Made by a program: the position numbers and the translations under genes. Positions 1 through 8,573 of a DNA stretch of 64,000 nt are shown piece after piece (within the stretch, counting starts at the first letter, position 1; each line of letters starts with the position of its first letter). Source of the DNA: an uncultured Alphaproteobacteria bacterium (GTDB taxonomy: Bacteria; Pseudomonadota; Alphaproteobacteria; Caulobacterales; Caulobacteraceae); the NCBI GenBank assembly GCA_942493205.1, contig OW818694.1, positions 3,441,565 through 3,505,564 of the forward strand, read 5' to 3'. The notes under the pieces were generated by a model. The model did not search any database. It was not told the DNA's origin and worked only from the letters and a program-made list of their open reading frames with translations.

Positions 1-1965
1 ACTGGCGACGGCCAGGGCGATTTCCTGGCGCGAGATGGCGTTCTCGGCCTTGCGGCCGATCGAGCCGGCGAACTCGGCGGCGTAGCGGGTGACGGTCATG
101 GAGCCCGCGGCCGAGCCGCCGACCGCGTCGAACCGGGTCATGGCCTCGCCGGCGGCCGCCAGGCGCTGGGCCCCGCGGCCGTCGCCGATCGCCAGGGCGG
201 GACGGCCAAGCGCGGCCTGGGCCGGGTCGAAGGTCGCCAGCGCCAGGTTGCCGGGCGAGGCGGCGATGTCGCTGCGCACCTCGAAGGTGGTGACGCGCGA
301 GGCGCGCTGGGCGTGACCGACGCCGAACAGTTCCGAAACGGACGGTCCGCCCGGCCCGCGCGAGGTGTCGTCGTTGACGACCGAGACCGTCTGGCCGGAG
401 GTCCCGCCGAAACTCAGGGCGCCGTCGCCGTCGAGGGTGAACTGTCCGTACAGGCCCACGCCGCCGGCATTGGCGTTCAGCGTGTTGAGCAGGTCCTGCA
501 TCGTGCCGCCGGCCGGGATGGCCACGGTGACGTCGCGGATCCGGGCCCCGTCCTTGCCCGCCACGCGCAGGGTCATGGTGTCGCCAGCCGTGAAGCCGTG
601 CGGGTCCGTCGGGGTGAGGCCCGTCTCGTAGTAGGGATAGCCGCTCGAGGCGACCAGGTCGTTCAGGCCGAAGAAGTGCGAGAAGCCCTTGCCGGCCCTC
701 TCCGACGGCGTCGCCCCCGGATCGACGACGGCGACGCCGGCGCCGCCGCTCGCCGACAGCGTCAGGGCGCCATTGGCGAAGCTGGCCGCGCCCTGGCCCC
801 CGAGCTGGCCATTGAGGGTGGCCATGAAGCTGGCCGGGGTGAAGCCGGTGGTGGTGACGCCGCCGTCGATGCTCATCGTGCCGGCGTCGAAGTCGATATC
901 CACCTGGCGGGAGACGATGCCGGCGGAGTCGATGATCACCACGCTGGTGCGGCCGCTGAAGCCGCCGATGGCGGTGGAGAGGTCCATCCCGGTGTCGCGG
1001 CCGGTCAGGCTGGCGGGCGCGGGTACGGCGGAGGCGGCGTTGTGGGCGCGGTTGAGCTCGTCCACCGCCCGGGTGACGAACTCCGACAGCTGGTCGCCCA
1101 GCGCCGGAAGCTCGCTGTCGCGCAGGTCGATCAGGCCGCGCAGCTCGCCGCTGGTGATCCGCGCGCGCAGCGACGGCTCCCCATTGGCCCCGGGCAGGGA
1201 GACGGTGATCTCGCCCGAGGCGCCCTCCGTGCGGACATACTTCAGTTCCGCCGCGCCGCCGCCGCCGGCCAGGGCGTTGCCGTCCGACGCGCGGATCACG
1301 AAGCCGCCGTTGGCGCGGGGCGTGACGCTGACGTCCATCAGGCCGGACAGCTCGTTGATCAGCTGGCTCTGGATGTTCTCCGGGCCGGTGGCGTCGCCGC
1401 CCTGGATCATCGCGCGGCTGATGTCGCCGTTGAGATCGTCGATCTGCTTGAGCAGCTGGTTGGTCCGCTCGATGACCGCCCCGATCCGGGTGTCGGCCTC
1501 GACCGCCATCGCCTGCAGCGAGGTCGAGATGCGCGAGGCCTCGCTCAGGAAGTCGGTGACCCCGTCGATAGCCTGGTCGCGGCGGATCGAGGAGGCGGCG
1601 TCGGACGAGGCGGCGTTGAAGGCGGCGTAGACCTCGTCGAGGCGGGTGAAGAAGGAACTGCTTTCGCCCGGATTGCCGAACAGGCTCTGGGCCCTGTCCA
1701 TGGCCGTGGCGATGACGCCGGCCTGGGAGGCCGATGCGGTGGCGGTCAGCGAGGCGCGCTGCAGGAACTGGTCGGCGGCCCGCCGGATCTGGGTGACGCT
1801 GACGCCTGCGCCCAGGCCGCCGGACACCAGCGGAGACTGATCGACGACCTTGCGGACGTAACCGGCCGTGTTGATGTTGGCGATGTTGTCCGAGACTGTC
1901 CGAAGGCCGGTCTGGGAAGCCATCAGGCCGGAGTTGGCGGACGACAGGATCGCGGCGAGGCTCAT
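1..1965 (-). CDS. flgK: flagellar hook-associated protein 1 FlgK (FlaN); extreme C-terminus lies beyond the window start
   Basis: Reverse complement of 1840-1965 reads MSLAAILSSANSGLMASQTGLRTVSDNIANINTAGYVRKVVDQ, the conserved rod/hook/HAP N-terminal motif. The frame is still open and protein-like at position 1 (..IGRKAENAISRQEIALAVAS). It is absent from the ORF track only because it has no stop inside the window. Confidence 0.88.
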   Translation of the reverse strand, partial: MSLAAILSSANSGLMASQTGLRTVSDNIANINTAGYVRKVVDQSPLVSGGLGAGVSVTQIRRAADQFLQRASLTATASASQAGVIATAMDRAQSLFGNPGESSSFFTRLDEVYAAFNAASSDAASSIRRDQAIDGVTDFLSEASRISTSLQAMAVEADTRIGAVIERTNQLLKQIDDLNGDISRAMIQGGDATGPENIQSQLINELSGLMDVSVTPRANGGFVIRASDGNALAGGGGAAELKYVRTEGASGEITVSLPGANGEPSLRARITSGELRGLIDLRDSELPALGDQLSEFVTRAVDELNRAHNAASAVPAPASLTGRDTGMDLSTAIGGFSGRTSVVIIDSAGIVSRQVDIDFDAGTMSIDGGVTTTGFTPASFMATLNGQLGGQGAASFANGALTLSASGGAGVAVVDPGATPSERAGKGFSHFFGLNDLVASSGYPYYETGLTPTDPHGFTAGDTMTLRVAGKDGARIRDVTVAIPAGGTMQDLLNTLNANAGGVGLYGQFTLDGDGALSFGGTSGQTVSVVNDDTSRGPGGPSVSELFGVGHAQRASRVTTFEVRSDIAASPGNLALATFDPAQAALGRPALAIGDGRGAQRLAAAGEAMTRFDAVGGSAAGSMTVTRYAAEFAGSIGRKAENAISRQEIALAVAS

Positions 1966-2004
1966 GACGTTCTCGCGTTCAGCTCGGCAAAGCCTGACGC
2001 GCGT

Positions 2005-2023
2005 ACCGGCGCATTTTGCCGGG
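2005..2023. promoter_or_regulatory. ftr-like imperfect dyad (candidate FlbD enhancer site) downstream of the flgK promoter
   Basis: ACCGGCG-CATTT-TGCCGGG, a 7-N5-7 dyad. It lies about +80 to +100 relative to the predicted flgK sigma54 start, matching the published downstream ftr2/ftr3 arrangement of Caulobacter flaN. The ftr consensus is recalled from memory only. Confidence 0.4.
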
Positions 2024-2114
2024 CGGATTCAGGCGCAAGCCTGTTGGTCGATGCTAAGCCATTGATAATCATAGACTTCGATTCCACGGGCCAAGTGACC
2101 CGCTGATCAACAGC

Positions 2115-2129
2115 GCAAGGACGGCGCCA
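2115..2129 (-). promoter_or_regulatory. sigma54 (-24/-12) promoter for flgK
   Basis: The minus strand reads TGGCGC-CGTCC-TTGC, an exact GG-N10-GC spacing with TTGC. It sits about 150 nt upstream of the flgK ATG. Confidence 0.6.
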
Positions 2130-2172
2130 GAGCCCGCCGGGCGGCATATCGCGCCCTATCGACCGGCTTCGG

Positions 2173-2191
2173 CCCGGCAAAAAGCGCACCG
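2173..2191. promoter_or_regulatory. ftr-like site about 100 bp upstream of the hook-operon promoter (alternatively a second minus-strand sigma54-like match)
   Basis: CCCGGCAAAAAGCGCACCG. CCCGGCAAAA is the inverted copy of TTTTGCCGGG at 2014-2023. The minus strand of 2177-2191 reads CGGTGC-GCTTT-TTGC. Confidence 0.35.
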
Positions 2192-2266
2192 AGGCTACGG
2201 CGGGTTGGCTGGTTGAAAGTCCATGAAATCCAGCAAAAACAGTAGCTTGACGCCGCTTCATCGACT

Positions 2267-2281
2267 TGGCCCGGCCGTTGC
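2267..2281 (+). promoter_or_regulatory. sigma54 (-24/-12) promoter for the fliK-like/flgD/flgE hook operon
   Basis: TGGCCC-GGCCG-TTGC on the plus strand, about 75 nt upstream of the proposed ATG at 2356. It faces the flgK promoter, as in the Caulobacter flbG/flaN divergon. Confidence 0.65.
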
Positions 2282-2355
2282 TACCCGACTGTCGAATGAT
2301 CCGGGCGCAGCAGGCGCCGACCGTCCAGTCCCCTTCCGAGGCGCTCCAGCCTGCC

Positions 2356-4074
2356 ATGACCGCGTTCGCGTCCATCGTTCTCGCCGCCCTTCCGGGCCTC
2401 GGCGCCAAGTCCGGCGCCGACGGCTCCGTGACGGCTGACGGCAAGGGGGCCGGCGGCGCGTTCGAGGCCCTGATGGCGGCGCTGACGGTCGGCGCGGCGG
2501 TCGAGCCGGAAGGGCAGGCGCCCGCCGCTGCAACGGTCTCCCCGGCGGCCGGCCTCGGCGCGGACCTGCGCGTCATGACCGGCGGCCTCGCCGCTCCGGC
2601 CGCGCCCGGCCTGCTGGTCGTTGACGTCGAAGTCGCCCCTCCGCGCGCCCCGGACGACGAGGCGACCAGGGGCGCCGACGCCGCCGACGCGCTGGCCGCG
2701 GCCGCCACTGTGATGGTCGCCCCGACCCCCACGGCCTCGCCGAAGGTCGCCACGCCCGACAGCCGGCCGCAAGCTGCGCCCGCCGCTGTCGCCGCTTCAC
2801 CGCGTCTGGTCGCGCAGACTGCCGAGCAGGCTTTCGCCGAGCCGGTCGTCGCGTCCGACGCCGGCACGTCCCAACGCCCGGCGGTCGGCCAACAGGTCGA
2901 GCCGACGCCGGTCGCCGACGTCCCGCCCGCCGCGGTCCGTGCGCAGCCCGTCGCCGCGGGCCTGGTGGTGGCAAGCGCGCAGGCTCAGGTCGTGAGCGCG
3001 CAGGCTCCGGAGGTCACCGTTCCGGTCGCTGCGCCTTCGCCGCTCCCTTCCGCGCCGGAGGCCGCCGCGGCCGCCGCCACGTTCGCGCCAACGCCGCCGC
3101 CGACGGCGGCCGCCACGTCGCGGCCGGCGACCGACGTCGTGACCAGCCTGGTCGGCCGTCTCCTGGACGGCGCGCGCAAGCCTGAGGCCGACGCGACGAC
3201 GAGCCGGGCCATCGCCGAGGCCGCGTCGCCCCCGGAAGCGCAGCCCGAAGCGACCATCGACACGCCGGTCGAGCTGGCGGTCGACACCGCCCTGTCGCCG
3301 GACGCGCCTGTTCCGGTCGAGGCCGCCGTGGTCGAGACCCCGGTCGCTCCGGCGCCTGCGCCCGGCCGCCGCGCGGCCCGGCCCGACGCCGCTCGCGCCG
3401 ATGTCGCCGCTCTGGCCGTGGATCCCGCGGCGCCCGACGTGAAAATGGCCGCCCGGTCCGAGGCCCGGGCCGTCGTTGACGCCGCGCCCGCGTCGTCCGC
3501 CCGGCCTGAAGCGCAGCCCGCCCCGGCGCCGCTCGCCGAGCCGGGCGTCGAGCCCGAACCGGCCACGCTGGACACGACGTCCGCCGCGCCGACTCCGCAG
3601 GCCGTCGCCGAGCTCCCGCCCGAGGCGGCGCCGGCCCGTGGTTCGCCCGAAACCGTCGCGCGTCTGGCGGCTGACATCGCCCGCAAGCTGGATGGCCAGA
3701 CCACCCGCTTCGACGTCCAGCTCGATCCGCTGGGCCTGGGCAAGGTCGACATCAGCATCGAGATCAACGCCGACGGCCGCCTGAGCGCGTCCCTGTCGTT
3801 CGACTCCGCCCAGACCGCCGCCGACCTGCGCAGCCGGGCCGGCGAGCTGCGCCAGGCGCTCGAGAACGCCGGGTTCGACCTCGCCGACGGCGGCCTGTCC
3901 TTCGACATGAACAATCCGGGCGGCTCCGGCGGCCGGGAGGCGCGTGAAACGCTCGCCGCCTGGTCCGGCCGCGCCTTCGAGACCGCCCGCTCCAGCCTTG
4001 AACAGGCCGAAGCCGCGGCCGTCCGCTCACCCTGGTCCCGCACGCCGTCCGGCGGCGTCGACATCCGTATCTGA
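2356..4074 (+). CDS. fliK: flagellar hook-length control protein FliK-like (FlbG-like), Ala/Pro-rich
   Basis: The C-terminus (FDVQLDPLGLGKVDISIEINADGRLSASLSFDSAQTAADLRSRAGELRQALENAGFDL) looks like the FliK C-terminal domain. The track ORF starts at TTG 2266, which overlaps the sigma54 promoter, so the in-frame ATG at 2356 (MTAFASIVLAAL..) is preferred. The start position is uncertain. Confidence 0.75.
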   Translation: MTAFASIVLAALPGLGAKSGADGSVTADGKGAGGAFEALMAALTVGAAVEPEGQAPAAATVSPAAGLGADLRVMTGGLAAPAAPGLLVVDVEVAPPRAPDDEATRGADAADALAAAATVMVAPTPTASPKVATPDSRPQAAPAAVAASPRLVAQTAEQAFAEPVVASDAGTSQRPAVGQQVEPTPVADVPPAAVRAQPVAAGLVVASAQAQVVSAQAPEVTVPVAAPSPLPSAPEAAAAAATFAPTPPPTAAATSRPATDVVTSLVGRLLDGARKPEADATTSRAIAEAASPPEAQPEATIDTPVELAVDTALSPDAPVPVEAAVVETPVAPAPAPGRRAARPDAARADVAALAVDPAAPDVKMAARSEARAVVDAAPASSARPEAQPAPAPLAEPGVEPEPATLDTTSAAPTPQAVAELPPEAAPARGSPETVARLAADIARKLDGQTTRFDVQLDPLGLGKVDISIEINADGRLSASLSFDSAQTAADLRSRAGELRQALENAGFDLADGGLSFDMNNPGGSGGREARETLAAWSGRAFETARSSLEQAEAAAVRSPWSRTPSGGVDIRI

Positions 4075-4081
4075 GGCTCCC

Positions 4082-4744
4082 ATGGTTGACGCTGTCAGCA
4101 CCGGCAATTCCGTTCTCGACAAGATGGCCGACTCCCGCGGCCGGCTGGCCGACAGCGAGGAGACCTTCCTGGCGCTGCTGACCACGCAGCTGAAGAACCA
4201 GGACCCGCTGTCGCCGCTCGATTCCAACGAGTTCACCGCCCAGATCGTCCAGATGACCGGGGTCGAGCAGCAGCTGCTGACCAACGACCTGCTGGCCCTG
4301 CTGGTGGGCATGAACGACGGCGGCCTGGCCGGCTCGGTCAACTTGATCGGCAAGACCGTCACGGCCGCGACCGACAAGGCCACGCTGCAGGACGGCCAGT
4401 CGACCTGGACCTATGACATCGACCGCGCCGCCACGAGCGTGAAGTACGAGGTCGTCAACTCGGCCGGCCAGACGGTGTTCTCGCGCACCGACACCGGGGT
4501 CGGGGCCGGCGAGGGCGCCTTCGCGTGGGACGGCAAGACCACCCAGGGAACCCAGCTGCCCGACGGCGGGACCTACAGCCTGAAGATCACCGCCACCGGC
4601 TCCGGCGGCGAGACCATCAACTCCAGCATCTACACCACCGGCGTCGCGTCGGCGGTCGAAACCCTCAACGGCGAGACGGTCGTCAGCATCGGCAAGCTCA
4701 AGATCCCGCTCAGCGCGATCTCGAGCGTGCAGCAGACCGTCTAG
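4082..4744 (+). CDS. flgD: flagellar hook capping/assembly protein FlgD
   Basis: MVDAVSTGNSVLDKMADSRGRLADSEETFLALLTTQLKNQDPLSPLDSNEFTAQIVQMTGVEQQ is the canonical FlgD N-terminal motif. The ATG lies 8 nt after the fliK stop. Confidence 0.9.
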   Translation: MVDAVSTGNSVLDKMADSRGRLADSEETFLALLTTQLKNQDPLSPLDSNEFTAQIVQMTGVEQQLLTNDLLALLVGMNDGGLAGSVNLIGKTVTAATDKATLQDGQSTWTYDIDRAATSVKYEVVNSAGQTVFSRTDTGVGAGEGAFAWDGKTTQGTQLPDGGTYSLKITATGSGGETINSSIYTTGVASAVETLNGETVVSIGKLKIPLSAISSVQQTV

Positions 4745-4780
4745 GCCACCAGAACCCCAGTGCAGGAAGGATAACCCTCC

Positions 4781-6211
4781 ATGAGCATCAACAGCGCCAT
4801 GCTGGCCGGCGTCACCGGTCTGATCTCGAACTCGCAGTCCCTGGCGGCGATCTCGGACAACATCGCCAACGTCAACACGGTTGGCTACAAGCGCTCGCAG
4901 GCCAACTTCCAGACCCTGGTCAGCGGCCGCAACACCGGCTCGTCCTACGCCGCGGGCGGCGTCACCGCCACCACCCGCCGGTTCATCACCACCCAGGGCC
5001 TTCCGACCCAGTCCAGCCGCAACACCGACCTGTCGATCTCGGGCAACGGCTTCTTCGTGGTGACGGAGAAGGCGGAAGACCTGACCGCCGCCGACGCCCG
5101 GTCCTTCACCCGCGCCGGCTCCTTCCAGCTCGACAGCCAGGGCTACCTGCGCAACGACGCCGGCCTGTACCTGCAGGGCTGGCTGACCGACGCCGACGGC
5201 GTGATCGCGACCGATCCGTCGGACATCACCCGGCTGCAGTCGATCAACGTCTCGGCGGTCGGCGGCGCGGCCGAGCAAACCACGCGCGTGACGGTCAACG
5301 CCAACCTCGACGCCAGCCAGGACCTGTCGGCCGAGGTCACCGGCGGCACCTATGATCCGACCACCAACTCGATGGCCATGTACGATCCCGACCTCGGCAC
5401 GGGGGTGAAGCCCGACTTCTGGATCCAGGTGCCGGTCTCCGACTCCAAGGGCGGCAAGCGGACGGTGCAGATCGACTTCCTGCGCAGCGCCACGCCCAAC
5501 CAGTGGTACGCCGAGGTGCGGGCCGTTCCGGCCAGCGATATCGAGGCCGGCGCCGGCCTGAGCAACGGCCAGTTGGCCGTCGGCATGGTGGCCTTCACCG
5601 AAGACGGCCGTCTGGACACCAGCGCCACCTTCACGCCCCCGCTGGCGCCGCTGTTCGCCGACTGGAGCGAGCCGGTGATCAGCTTCGGGGCCTCGTCCGA
5701 CGCCGCCCCCGGCGCCGGCGCGGTCAAGTGGGCTTCGGGCCTTGGCATCGGCGACCAGGACATCCGCCTCGAACTGGGCGGCGCCGCCGGCGGCATCACC
5801 AGCTTCGACAGCGAGAGCATCCTGCAGTCGGTCAACACCAACGGCACCGCCTTCGGCAACCTGACGGACATCGAGATCGACGATCAGGGCTTCGTGACGG
5901 CGGTCTTCGACAACGGCATCTCGCGCCAGATCGCCCAGGTCGCCATCGCCACCTTCCCCAACGCCGACGGGCTGATCCCGACCAACGGCAACGCCTATCG
6001 CGTCAGCAAGGACAGCGGCACCTACAACTTCAAGACCGCCGGCAGCGGCGGCGCCGGCTACATCGCGCCATCCACCCTTGAATCGTCGACTGTCGACCTC
6101 TCGAGCGAGTTTACCGGCCTCATCACCACGCAAAGAGCCTACTCGGCGTCCTCGAAAATCATCACGACCGCAGATCAGATGCTCGAGGAACTTCTGAATA
6201 TCAAGCGCTAG
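4781..6211 (+). CDS. flgE: flagellar hook protein FlgE
   Basis: N-terminus MSINSAMLAGVTGLISNSQSLAAISDNIANVNTVGYKR and C-terminus LESSTVDLSSEFTGLITTQRAYSASSKIITTADQMLEELLNIKR are hook-protein terminal motifs. The SD sequence GGAAGGA precedes the ATG. Confidence 0.95.
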   Translation: MSINSAMLAGVTGLISNSQSLAAISDNIANVNTVGYKRSQANFQTLVSGRNTGSSYAAGGVTATTRRFITTQGLPTQSSRNTDLSISGNGFFVVTEKAEDLTAADARSFTRAGSFQLDSQGYLRNDAGLYLQGWLTDADGVIATDPSDITRLQSINVSAVGGAAEQTTRVTVNANLDASQDLSAEVTGGTYDPTTNSMAMYDPDLGTGVKPDFWIQVPVSDSKGGKRTVQIDFLRSATPNQWYAEVRAVPASDIEAGAGLSNGQLAVGMVAFTEDGRLDTSATFTPPLAPLFADWSEPVISFGASSDAAPGAGAVKWASGLGIGDQDIRLELGGAAGGITSFDSESILQSVNTNGTAFGNLTDIEIDDQGFVTAVFDNGISRQIAQVAIATFPNADGLIPTNGNAYRVSKDSGTYNFKTAGSGGAGYIAPSTLESSTVDLSSEFTGLITTQRAYSASSKIITTADQMLEELLNIKR

Positions 6212-6284
6212 TCTTGATATTTAGGGGGCTTTAATTCAGATGTCTCACAATGAAACACCGACATTAACTTGCGGGCGATGGTGG

Positions 6285-6302
6285 TTAAGCTGCCTAAACC
6301 AT
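6285..6302. promoter_or_regulatory. CtrA-box-like sequences upstream of sciP
   Basis: TTAAGCTGCCTAAACCAT contains TTAA-N7-AAAC and TAAACCAT, one mismatch from the TTAACCAT half-site. The opposite strand reads TTAACCAC, and a further TTAAC lies at 6264-6268. These sit in a lower-GC intergenic stretch. Confidence 0.35.
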
Positions 6303-6375
6303 CGCGCTTTACCGCATGTTATTTCAAGTGGTGCATCTTCCTCCCCAACAGACTTGGTGAGAGAGGCGTAGAAGG

Positions 6376-6657
6376 ATGCTTCAGCAGCAGCGCGTGAACA
6401 GCAGAGGCGAGAAGTACGTGATCGGTCCGACCGGCGCGCCGCTGACGCTGGGCGACCTGCCGCCGGCCAATACCGAGCGTTGGGTGATCCGGCGCAAGGC
6501 AGAGGTGGTGGCGGCCGTGCGGGGAGGGCTCCTCACTCTGGACGAGGCCTGCGATCGCTATCGCCTCACCAACGAAGAGTTCCTGACCTGGCAGAAGTCG
6601 ATCGATCGCCACGGTCTGGCCGGCCTGCGGACGACGAGGCTGCAACAATATCGCTGA
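6376..6657 (+). CDS. sciP: SciP-like small CtrA-inhibitory transcription factor (DUF1153)
   Basis: The 93-aa protein (..GAPLTLGDLPPANTERWVIRRKAEVVAAVRGGLLTLDEACDRYRLTNEEFLTWQKSIDRHGLAGLR) sits between flgE and fliF, in the same position as in Caulobacter crescentus. Confidence 0.8.
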   Translation: MLQQQRVNSRGEKYVIGPTGAPLTLGDLPPANTERWVIRRKAEVVAAVRGGLLTLDEACDRYRLTNEEFLTWQKSIDRHGLAGLRTTRLQQYR

Positions 6658-6691
6658 GCCGCTTGCCCCCCCCAGGGCTCAGCACACTGCG

Positions 6692-6721
6692 CGGCCGCGT
6701 TCCGGAGATGGGACGCGGCCG
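6692..6721 (+). terminator. stem-loop downstream of sciP
   Basis: CGGCCGCGT (6692-6700) pairs with ACGCGGCCG (6713-6721) around a 12-nt loop. The tail TTGCATTG is only weakly T-rich. Confidence 0.4.
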
Positions 6722-6750
6722 TTGCATTGAGGGTGCGCCGGCGGCGTCCC

Positions 6751-6765
6751 TTAAGAGGGTGTTTA
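6751..6765 (+). promoter_or_regulatory. CtrA-box-like element in the fliF (class II) promoter region
   Basis: TTAA-GAGGGTG-TTTA, one mismatch from TTAA-N7-TTAA, about 80-95 nt upstream of the fliF start. Confidence 0.4.
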
Positions 6766-6772
6766 CCCTGCA

Positions 6773-6791
6773 CCCGGTAATTCCTGCCTAG
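6773..6791. promoter_or_regulatory. ftr-like half-conserved dyad just downstream of the CtrA-like box (candidate FlbD repression site, ftr4-like)
   Basis: CCCGGTA-ATTCC-TGCCTAG. The left half matches 6/7 of CCCGGCA and the right half is weaker. The position is analogous to ftr4 of Caulobacter fliF. Confidence 0.25.
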
Positions 6792-6845
6792 CAGCGCGGG
6801 CCTCGTTGGCCTGTCGCGCCTTTTGTTGGGTAGGGGCGGTCCCGA

Positions 6846-8510
6846 GTGGAAAGGTTCATGAACGGCGTTCGCGCCTTCGGGGTCGCCCGGCTCGCCGCCA
6901 TGCTCGGCATCGGGGCGGCGTTGATCGCGGGCCTCATCTGGCTGGGCGCCACGCTGGGGACCCAGCCCAAGGCGCTGCTCTATTCCAACCTCGACATGAA
7001 GGAAGCCTCCACCGTCGTTCAGGCGCTGGACCAGGCCGGGATCAGCTACGAGCTGAAGGGCGACGGGACCACGATCATGGTGCCGCGCGACAAGGTCGCC
7101 TCCACGCGTCTGATGATCTCCGGCAAGGGCCTGGTGACGTCCGGGTCGGTCGGCTACGAAATCTTCGACCAGGGCGCGACGCTGGGCCAGACGGACTTCG
7201 TTCAGCAGCTGAACCGCCAGCGGGCGCTGGAAGGCGAACTGGCCCGCACCATTCGCTCCCTCGACGGCGTCACCTTCGCCCGCGTCCACCTCAATCTGCC
7301 TCGCCGCCAGCTGTTCGAGGAGGAGGCCGAGCCTCCGTCCGGCTCGGTGACCATCGGCGTGGGCGGCCGCAAGCCGACCGATGACCAGGTCCAGGCCGTC
7401 CAGAACCTGGTCGCCGGCGCCGTGCCCGGCCTGAAGGCCGAGCAGGTCTCGATCATCGACCAGCACGGCAAGACGCTGTCGGTCGGCGGCTCGTCGATGA
7501 CCAGCAAGCTGGCCGATGACCGCAAGAGCGAGGTCGAGCGCAAGCTGGCCGCGCGCATCAAGGAACTGGTCGAAGGCGTGGTCGGCGCCGGCCGCTCGCG
7601 CGTCGAGGTCAGCGCCGACATCGACATGGCCCGCGTGACCGAGCAGGAAACCACCTACGACCCGGACGGCCAGGTCATCCGCTCCGAGCAAACCGGCGAG
7701 GAGAGCGCCCAGGAATCGGAGGCCGGCGGCGCGGCCGGCGTCTCCGCCGCCGGCAACATTCCGGGCGCGGCCGAGATCGGCGGCGCCGGGGGCGTCGGCT
7801 CGACCAGCGGCCGCAATGAGTCGACGACCAACTACGAGATCAGCAACAAGACCCGCACCGAGGTGCGCGAACCTGGCGCGATCAAGAAGATCTCCGTCGC
7901 GGTCGCCGTCGATGGCGTCACGGCCCCGGGGGCCGACGGCAAGCCGGGCGCCTATACGCCGCGGTCGGCCGAGGAACTCGCGCGGCTGGACGAGCTGGTG
8001 AAGGCCGCCGTCGGCTATGACACCACGCGCGGCGACACCGTGAAGGTCACCAACGTCCGGTTCGCGCGGGAGGCCGTGGACACCAGCGGCGGCGAGACCG
8101 GCCTGCTGGCCAGCTTCGACAAGAACGACATCATGCGCGCTGTCGAGCTGGCGGTGCTGGGCATTGTCGCCGTCCTGATCATGATCTTCGGCGTGAGGCC
8201 GCTGCTCAAGAGCCTGGTGGCGGGCGGCGGGGGCGGCCGCGGCGGCCTGCCTGCCCTGGCCGGCGCCGGCGGCGCCCAGGCCACGCGGCTGGTGACCACG
8301 CCGGAAGGCGCCCAGTACCAGATCCCGGTCGATCCCACGACGGGCGAGCCGCTGGCCTTGCCCGGCCCTGATCTCGACCAGCGGATCGACATCGCCCGCA
8401 TCGAGGGTCAGGTCCGCGCGTCCTCGGTCAAGCGCGTGGCCGACTTCGTCGACCGGCACCCCGACGAGTCTGTCTCGATCCTCCGCTCCTGGCTGCACGA
8501 AACGACATGA
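6846..8510 (+). CDS. fliF: flagellar MS-ring protein FliF
   Basis: The 554-aa protein reads ..[53 protein letters not shown].. Its C-terminal region ends ..[10 protein letters not shown]. An alternative in-frame ATG lies at 6858. Confidence 0.95.
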   Translation: MERFMNGVRAFGVARLAAMLGIGAALIAGLIWLGATLGTQPKALLYSNLDMKEASTVVQALDQAGISYELKGDGTTIMVPRDKVASTRLMISGKGLVTSGSVGYEIFDQGATLGQTDFVQQLNRQRALEGELARTIRSLDGVTFARVHLNLPRRQLFEEEAEPPSGSVTIGVGGRKPTDDQVQAVQNLVAGAVPGLKAEQVSIIDQHGKTLSVGGSSMTSKLADDRKSEVERKLAARIKELVEGVVGAGRSRVEVSADIDMARVTEQETTYDPDGQVIRSEQTGEESAQESEAGGAAGVSAAGNIPGAAEIGGAGGVGSTSGRNESTTNYEISNKTRTEVREPGAIKKISVAVAVDGVTAPGADGKPGAYTPRSAEELARLDELVKAAVGYDTTRGDTVKVTNVRFAREAVDTSGGETGLLASFDKNDIMRAVELAVLGIVAVLIMIFGVRPLLKSLVAGGGGGRGGLPALAGAGGAQATRLVTTPEGAQYQIPVDPTTGEPLALPGPDLDQRIDIARIEGQVRASSVKRVADFVDRHPDESVSILRSWLHETT

Positions 8511-8573
8511 GCAGGAAGAACAAAGCCATCGTCGATCCCAGCAAGCTGAGCGGGGCCCGAAAAGGCCGCGGTC

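Noticed and set aside
313-2106. 597-aa plus-strand ORF
   Set aside because: It is antisense to flgK. Its composition is dominated by G/A/R/D/V with no motif. The minus strand encodes an unmistakable FlgK N-terminus. This is a typical high-GC shadow ORF.
2177-2191. second minus-strand sigma54-like match (CGGTGC-GCTTT-TTGC)
   Set aside because: Its spacing is correct, but it lacks the T of TGG and overlaps the CCCGGCAAAA ftr-like dyad. The TGGCGC-N5-TTGC match at 2115-2129 is better. It is kept only as an alternative.
3764-6133. 789-aa minus-strand ORF
   Set aside because: It is antisense to flgD and flgE, which have canonical motifs and SD sequences. The product is Gly/Arg/Ala-rich low-complexity.
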